Positions 59,254-64,000 of a stretch of 64,000 nt of DNA are shown in pieces (the stretch's first letter is position 1; the number at the start of each line of letters is the position of its first letter). The notes below the pieces were generated by a model, which saw only the letters and a list, made by a program, of their open reading frames with translations, had not been told where the DNA came from and ran no database searches. Location: the NCBI GenBank assembly GCA_046313635.1, contig JBKBYA010000001.1, positions 799,481-863,480 on the forward strand, given 5' to 3'. The position numbers and the translations under genes are program-made. The DNA comes from Pyrinomonadaceae bacterium (GTDB lineage Bacteria; Acidobacteriota; Blastocatellia; Pyrinomonadales; Pyrinomonadaceae).

Positions 59254-60015
59254 TCACGAGCGGGCGATGCGGTCCGCTCTTTTGTTTAAGAGCATCAAGC
59301 CTTCTAACGTCAATTCCGGTTCGACGACCTCGACGCTCCTGCATTTGTCCGCGATCAGGTGCGCGAAGCCGCCGGTGGCGATCACGCGGGCGTCGTCGCC
59401 GATCTCGGCTTTGATGTGCGGGACGGCGGTTTCGACGAGGCCGATCTGGCTGTAGAAGATGCCGGACTGGATCGCGGTGACGGTCGTCGTGCTGATGACG
59501 TTGGGCGGTTCGGCGATGTCGACCTCGGGCAGCTTTGAAGCGACGATCTGCAGTGCTTTGGCGGTCGTCGCAGGCCCCGGAGCGATGAGTCCGCCGCGAT
59601 GTTCGCGGTCGCGGTCGATGACGTCGATCGTCGTCGCCGTGCCGAAGGCCACGACGATGCACGGCGCGCCGTACTTTTCGACGGCGGCGAACGAATTCAC
59701 CAGTCGATCGGTCCCGGCCTCGTCGATCGGGAAGTTGAAGACAAGCGAAAAATCGTCCGACGTTTTAACAAAAGCCGGTTCGACGCCGACGATCTGTGCG
59801 AGGTACTCGGCAAAGGCCGCGTCGAGCTCGGGCACGACCGACGAGACGAGCGTCGCGGCAAAGCGCCGGCCGTCGAGCGCTCCGTCCGCCGCCGCGTCGA
59901 TGTCTCGGGCCGTGTACTCGCGTCGTGTCGGGATGATGAATTTGGATGTGAGGTCGTCGCCGTCAAACACACCGAACTTGATCGATGTATTGCCGATGTC
60001 GATGGCGAGAAACAT
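59254..60015 (-). CDS. coaX: Type III pantothenate kinase
   Basis: LAIDIGNT, SSVVP, GTDRL, FGTATT, GGLIAPG, ATGG, LTLEGL. Confidence 0.94.
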   Translation of the reverse strand: MFLAIDIGNTSIKFGVFDGDDLTSKFIIPTRREYTARDIDAAADGALDGRRFAATLVSSVVPELDAAFAEYLAQIVGVEPAFVKTSDDFSLVFNFPIDEAGTDRLVNSFAAVEKYGAPCIVVAFGTATTIDVIDRDREHRGGLIAPGPATTAKALQIVASKLPEVDIAEPPNVISTTTVTAIQSGIFYSQIGLVETAVPHIKAEIGDDARVIATGGFAHLIADKCRSVEVVEPELTLEGLMLLNKRADRIARS

Positions 60016-60024
60016 GCTTAAAAA

Positions 60025-60099
60025 GTTCAGGGTTTAGAGTTCAGGGTTCAGAGTTCGCGAGTCAATTAACCCGGAACGCTGAACCCTGAACTCTAAACC
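60025..60099. repeat. Heptamer-array palindrome (GTTCAGG/CCTGAAC) upstream of coaX
   Basis: Perfect 21-bp stem GGTTTAGAGTTCAGGGTTCAG (60031-60051) / 60079-60099. Confidence 0.9.
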
Positions 60100-60109
60100 A
60101 TTGACCGGT

Positions 60110-60445
60110 CTATCCCTGCAGCGGCAGGCCGTCGTAGATGAGCTGCCAGCCGTTCTTCTGGCTCGTCCGGAGGCTGCGTGTGAACCATTCGATCGCGGCG
60201 CGCGGGTCGTCGTAGAGCTGCACCGCGGGACGGGCCTCGCGCGGGTCCACGCGGCAGATCGCGGCGCCCTCGGTCGCGGTCTTGAGGCAGAGGAGCGCGA
60301 TCATATTGTTCTTTTGCAGGACGGCCGTGCGAAGCGCGGGATCGTCCTCGTCGTCGCCGCCGTCAAATTCGTCGAATGCCTCGAGATCGTCCTCGAACTC
60401 GTCGTCGAAGTCGAAATCAATGTTTGAATCAAAATCGTTGCTCAT
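60110..60445 (-). CDS. Hypothetical protein with a very acidic N-terminus
   Basis: MSNDFDSNIDFDFDDEFEDD... followed by a compact domain; lies between birA and coaX. Confidence 0.7.
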   Translation of the reverse strand: MSNDFDSNIDFDFDDEFEDDLEAFDEFDGGDDEDDPALRTAVLQKNNMIALLCLKTATEGAAICRVDPREARPAVQLYDDPRAAIEWFTRSLRTSQKNGWQLIYDGLPLQG

Positions 60446-60549
60446 TTTGGAGTGGATCGAACCGTAAGGAAAGGTTACATCCTCAAACTTCAAAGTTCAA
60501 TCAAGTAACGCTTCGACGGCGCGAAGTGCCGCGCGGGTTGCAGCGTCGT

Positions 60550-61296
60550 CTATGCCGTTCGCAGCATCTCGACATCGCCGGCCTGGATCACGCGAATGTC
60601 GCCGCCGGCGGCCTCGACGCGAAGAGCGCCGTTGGGCTCGAGGCCCTGGGTTACGCCGGTGATCCGCTCGCCGCCGGTGTCGACCGTCACGGCTTTGCCC
60701 GCCGCGTAGCTCGAACGCTCGGTCCATGCTCTTAAGACGGCAGCCGGCCCGTCGTCGTCGGACAAGATCGAATACCATCGGTCGATCTCGCGGATCAGCG
60801 CGGCCTCTACCGGCCGGGCTTCAACGGGTGCATTCGAGCCGAGGCATTCCTCGATCGATGTTGCGCGAGCCGCCACGTCAGGAGGGAAGTTTGTCGATCG
60901 AAGGTTGATTCCGATGCCGACGACGACCGCAAGGCCGCGCGGCGTGTCGGTCGACTCGGCGAGGATGCCGCAGATCTTTTTTTCGTCGACGAGAATGTCG
61001 TTGACCCATTTGATATCCGGCGCGAGGCCAAGTGCTGCGAGAGCGTCGTGCACCGCGACGCCGCTCGTCAGTGTGACAAGCGGCAGATAACGCGGCTCGA
61101 TCTCGGGCCGCAGAACTACGCTGAAGTAAAGCCCCGCATCGGCCGGAGAGATCCAAACGCGCCCGTGCCGCCCGCGCCCGGCGGTCTGCTGCCGGGCGAC
61201 GACGCACAGCCCCTCGTCGGCGCCCTGTCTGGCCTGTTTGAGCGCTTCGGTGTTGGTTGAGTCGATGGTGTCGAAACGTAGGATGGTGAAGTTCAC
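60550..61296 (-). CDS. birA: Biotin-[acetyl-CoA-carboxylase] ligase without an HTH domain
   Basis: IDSTN, QTAGRGRHGRVW, IKWVNDI, KICGILAE, GIGIN; GTG start chosen because the longer N-terminus is repeat-derived. Confidence 0.93.
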   Translation of the reverse strand: MNFTILRFDTIDSTNTEALKQARQGADEGLCVVARQQTAGRGRHGRVWISPADAGLYFSVVLRPEIEPRYLPLVTLTSGVAVHDALAALGLAPDIKWVNDILVDEKKICGILAESTDTPRGLAVVVGIGINLRSTNFPPDVAARATSIEECLGSNAPVEARPVEAALIREIDRWYSILSDDDGPAAVLRAWTERSSYAAGKAVTVDTGGERITGVTQGLEPNGALRVEAAGGDIRVIQAGDVEMLRTA

Positions 61297-61297
61297 A

Positions 61298-61350
61298 GGA
61301 TCTCGGATCTTGGATCTAGGGTTTCGAAATTGAAATTCCGCATTCCGCAT
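61298..61350. repeat. Degenerate heptamer array (GGATCTN ... ATTCCGC) upstream of birA
   Basis: ggatctc ggatctt ggatcta gggtttc gaaattg aaattcc gcattcc gcat. Confidence 0.7.
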
Positions 61351-61416
61351 AAAGGCAGAACCACCTCGTCAGCCGAAGCCGCTGCCACCCGTCCTTCGTA
61401 AGTAAGGGAGCTTCTT

Positions 61417-62382
61417 TCAGATCTTCCACAGCGAGTCGCAGTAATAGTTCCTGCTGTCAAAAAAGTTCTCTTTTACCTCAAAGCCGCTCTCGCGGGCGAG
61501 GCCGTCGATCGTCGTGAGCGAGTACTTTTGCGAGATCTCCATAAAGACCGCTTCCCACTGCTCAAAGTCGAACGAGCGGCCGAGGGCTCCTATGTGCACG
61601 GTTTGCTTTTCGCGGCTGATGAGAAAGCTGCGGGCGGCGCGTTCGACCGGGCGGTAGATGGCGTAATGCGACCATTTGGCGAGGTCAAAGTCGCCGCCGA
61701 GCTCGCGGTTGATGCGCCGAAGCAGGTTGAGATTGAATTCGGCTGTGACGCCCGCCGAGTCGTCGTAGGCCCGGACGATGACGTGCGGGTCCTTGACCAG
61801 ATCAAAGCCGACGAATAGAAGATCGTTCTCGCTCATCACCGCGCGGAGTGAACGGAAAAAGTCGATCGACCGCTCTCGTGTGAAATTGCCGACGTTCGAG
61901 CCGAGGAACATCAGCACCTTGCGCCGCCCCGTGCCGCCCTTTAGCGACTTGAGAATGTCGAAGTAATCGCCGCGACGCGGCTCCATCCGCAGAGCGGGGA
62001 ATTCGGACGTAAACTTTGCGCGGAGCGCGTCGAGCGCCTCTTGAGAGATATCGATTGGCGAATAGCTGACGTCGGCCCCGCGTGCTAAAAAATGCGATAC
62101 GAGAACCGCCGTCTTTATCCCGTCGCCGGCGCCGAGCTCGATCAGGTCAAACGCGTTGCCGCCGTCGGCGAACTTGCGAAAGATCGTCTCGGCCTGCGTC
62201 TCAAAGATCTCCATTTCGCAGCGCGTAAGGTAGTACTCAGGCAGCTTCATTATCTCTTGAAACAGCCGCGAGCCTTCGTCGTCATAAAAGTACTTGGACG
62301 ACAGGGATTTTGGCGACGCCGACAGGCCGGCGAGCACGTCGGACGCAAATTGTGAAATCTCGGGGCCGGGAGAGACTTGCAT
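61417..62382 (-). CDS. egtD: L-histidine N(alpha)-trimethyltransferase
   Basis: KSLSSKYFYDDEGSRLF, PEYYLTRCE, IELGAG, FLGSNVGN, AYDDSAGVTAEFNLN. Confidence 0.94.
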   Translation of the reverse strand: MQVSPGPEISQFASDVLAGLSASPKSLSSKYFYDDEGSRLFQEIMKLPEYYLTRCEMEIFETQAETIFRKFADGGNAFDLIELGAGDGIKTAVLVSHFLARGADVSYSPIDISQEALDALRAKFTSEFPALRMEPRRGDYFDILKSLKGGTGRRKVLMFLGSNVGNFTRERSIDFFRSLRAVMSENDLLFVGFDLVKDPHVIVRAYDDSAGVTAEFNLNLLRRINRELGGDFDLAKWSHYAIYRPVERAARSFLISREKQTVHIGALGRSFDFEQWEAVFMEISQKYSLTTIDGLARESGFEVKENFFDSRNYYCDSLWKI

Positions 62383-62389
62383 ACGGTTA

Positions 62390-62547
62390 AAATTCCAAAT
62401 TCCAAATTCCAAATTCCAGATTCCAAATTCCAGATTGGCGGCATCGGCGTCGAATCGCCGGGGCTAAGATCCTACATTCGACATTCGACATTCCCTATCC
62501 GCGCTTCAGATCTGGAATTTGGAATTCGGAATTTGGAATCTGGAATC
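62390..62547. repeat. Heptamer-array palindrome (AATTCCA/TGGAATT) at the egtB-egtD junction, with an internal CATTCGA array
   Basis: About 6 AATTCCA units opposed to 5 TGGAATT units; 36-bp arms with 3 mismatches. Confidence 0.92.
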
Positions 62548-63835
62548 ACTCCGCCAGCCTAATGCCGGTGAACTGCCACCGCAGCGGCGGATGGAAGAAA
62601 TTCCGGTACGTCGGTCGGCTGTGGCCCGCGGGCGTCGCGACCGAAGCTCCGCGCAGCACCATTTGATTGATCATGAATTTGCCGTTGTATTCGCCGACGG
62701 CGCCTATTGGCTTCGCAAAGCCGGGATACGGCAGGTACGCCGAATTTGTCCATTCCCAGCGCAGGCCCCAATCGAGCCGGTCGCTCGCGGCCTCCCATTC
62801 GAACTCGGTAGGCAGTCGCTTGCCGCGCCATTCGGCGTAGGCCGCGGCCTCGTAGTACGAGACGTGACAGACCGGTGCGTCGAGCGGCAGCGGCCTCAGA
62901 CCGGCGAGCGTGAAGTGATGCCATTCGCCGTCGCGCTCGTGCCAGTAGAGCGGCGAGCGAATGTCGTTCTGATTCACCCAGTCCCAGCCCTCCGAGTGCC
63001 AAAGGCGATGATCGAGGTAACCGCCGTCGCGGATGAATTCGAGAAACTCGCCGTTGGTTGCGAGCCGGCCTGCGATCGCAAAGTCGTCGAGCCAGACCTT
63101 GTGCCGCGCCAGCTCGTTGTCGAAACAAAATCCTTCGCCGTCAAAGCCGATCTCGCGAATGCCGCCCTCGATCTCGACAGCGCCTTGGCCGCGCGTGTCA
63201 GCGAGCTCTTCGATCGCGAAGTCCTCGCGATAGGCCGGGAAGAGAGGATTGACGCTCAGCGTGTACTTGAGATCGGTCAGAAAAAGTTCCTGATGCTGCT
63301 GCTCGTGGTTGAGGCCGAGGACGATCAGATCGGTCAATTTCGGGTTTCGGATTTCGGATTGCGGATCTGATGCGGCAAGATCCACGGAGCGTCTCTCCTG
63401 CTCGCAAAGTATCTGCCGAACATGCTCGTCGACGTATTTGCGGTATTCGAAAACGGTTTTCACCGTCGGCCGGCTCAGGTCGCCGCGGTGGTCGCGGGCC
63501 GTTCGTTCGCCGACCGAGTTGTAGTAGCTGTTAAAAAGAAAGGTGAATCGCTCGTCAAAGACCTTGTAGCCCGGAACGAAACTCTTGAGCACCATCTCCT
63601 CGAAGAACCACGTCGTGTGCGCGATGTTCCACTTCGGCGGCGAGACGTCGACGATCGGCTGCGGAATGTAGTCCTCGATCTCGAGCGGCCGGCAGAGCTC
63701 CTCTGTGTAGGAGCGCACTCGATCGTAAAACGCCGGCAAGGGCTCTCCGGAGGGTTCGTGTCTGGGGTCGGCTGCGGAGGTCATATCGATCGATGTACGG
63801 TCGGACGCTGCAATGTGGTCATCGCCGGAGGTCAT
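62546..63835 (-). CDS. egtB: Ergothioneine biosynthesis sulfoxide synthase
   Basis: SPPKWNIAHTTWFFE, FNSYY, SRPT, NHEQQHQE, FGE-sulfatase domain, YNGKFM; ATG overlaps the upstream TGA. Confidence 0.94.
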   Translation of the reverse strand: MTSGDDHIAASDRTSIDMTSAADPRHEPSGEPLPAFYDRVRSYTEELCRPLEIEDYIPQPIVDVSPPKWNIAHTTWFFEEMVLKSFVPGYKVFDERFTFLFNSYYNSVGERTARDHRGDLSRPTVKTVFEYRKYVDEHVRQILCEQERRSVDLAASDPQSEIRNPKLTDLIVLGLNHEQQHQELFLTDLKYTLSVNPLFPAYREDFAIEELADTRGQGAVEIEGGIREIGFDGEGFCFDNELARHKVWLDDFAIAGRLATNGEFLEFIRDGGYLDHRLWHSEGWDWVNQNDIRSPLYWHERDGEWHHFTLAGLRPLPLDAPVCHVSYYEAAAYAEWRGKRLPTEFEWEAASDRLDWGLRWEWTNSAYLPYPGFAKPIGAVGEYNGKFMINQMVLRGASVATPAGHSRPTYRNFFHPPLRWQFTGIRLAE

Positions 63836-64000
63836 TCTACCAGTTTGAGCTTCTGCAAGGCGTCGCGGCAGTTGCTCGCAAGATACGGGTCGCGAGCGTT
63901 CAGATTTGCAGCAAGCGCTCGCTCGGCCGTGCGATCGCCTATATTCCCGAGCGACCATGCGGCCTCGCGTCGGACGTCGTCCGACTCGGAGGCGTCCTGC
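63832..64000 (-). CDS. C-terminus of a HEAT-repeat protein (partial)
   Basis: Reads QDASESDDVRREAAWSLGNIGDRTAERALAANLNARDPYLASNCRDALQKLKLVE*. Confidence 0.75.
   Translation of the reverse strand, partial: QDASESDDVRREAAWSLGNIGDRTAERALAANLNARDPYLASNCRDALQKLKLVE

Noticed and set aside
61297..61350. N-terminal extensions of BirA, EgtD (to 62412), NuoM (to 17032) and NuoK (to 20227) in the ORF track
   Set aside because: They are translations of intergenic heptamer arrays (for example MEFGIWNF, MRNAEFQFRNPRSKI), not likely protein sequence
62390..62547. Repeat arrays as a possible CRISPR locus
   Set aside because: Units are contiguous 7-mers with no unique spacers, and no cas genes are in the window
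62546..63835. Selenoneine synthase (SenA) or ovothiol synthase (OvoA)
   Set aside because: No senB/selD neighbours and no fused C-terminal methyltransferase; the adjacent egtD supports ergothioneine

Overview
GC-rich bacterial chromosomal window. The gene content (Oar-type TonB-dependent receptor, SpoIVB-like S55 peptidase, TMTC-like TPR glycosyltransferase, type II EgtB) suggests Acidobacteriota, probably Blastocatellia; this is an inference. Most of the window is housekeeping: mdh, tRNA-Leu(UAA), a PP2C phosphatase, a cystathionine lyase with a LysR regulator, a YbdK-type ligase, a 4-gene type IV minor-pilin operon, a complex I operon (nuoA-H,J-N, with nuoI absent), thiS/thiG, cls/ybhP, moaDE, sbcD, cysQ, htrA, ispH, a GT2/TMTC-like/amidase operon and a HEAT-egtB-egtD-birA-hyp-coaX operon. 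I see no integrase, transposase, prophage or CRISPR array. The most striking unexplained signal is at gene junctions inside the two long operons. These are repeatedly filled by palindromes made of opposed 7-bp tandem arrays. The heptamer sequence differs between sites but the architecture is the same, and the hairpin often closes right at the upstream stop and downstream start codons. One array lies in frame inside egtB. Other junctions of the nuo operon hold a REP-like inverted-repeat pair, an octamer palindrome and small passenger genes: ribosomal protein bTHX (missed by the ORF track), hicB plus a nonsense-inactivated hicA, and a GNAT. Further oddities are a NuoG with a full 2x[4Fe-4S] domain but no N7 motif, a Ski2/HelY-like helicase lacking its N-terminal ATPase domain next to a low-GC islet, a FimT-like pilin with a mucin-like stalk, and a hydrolase-fold protein with Glu at the nucleophile position.
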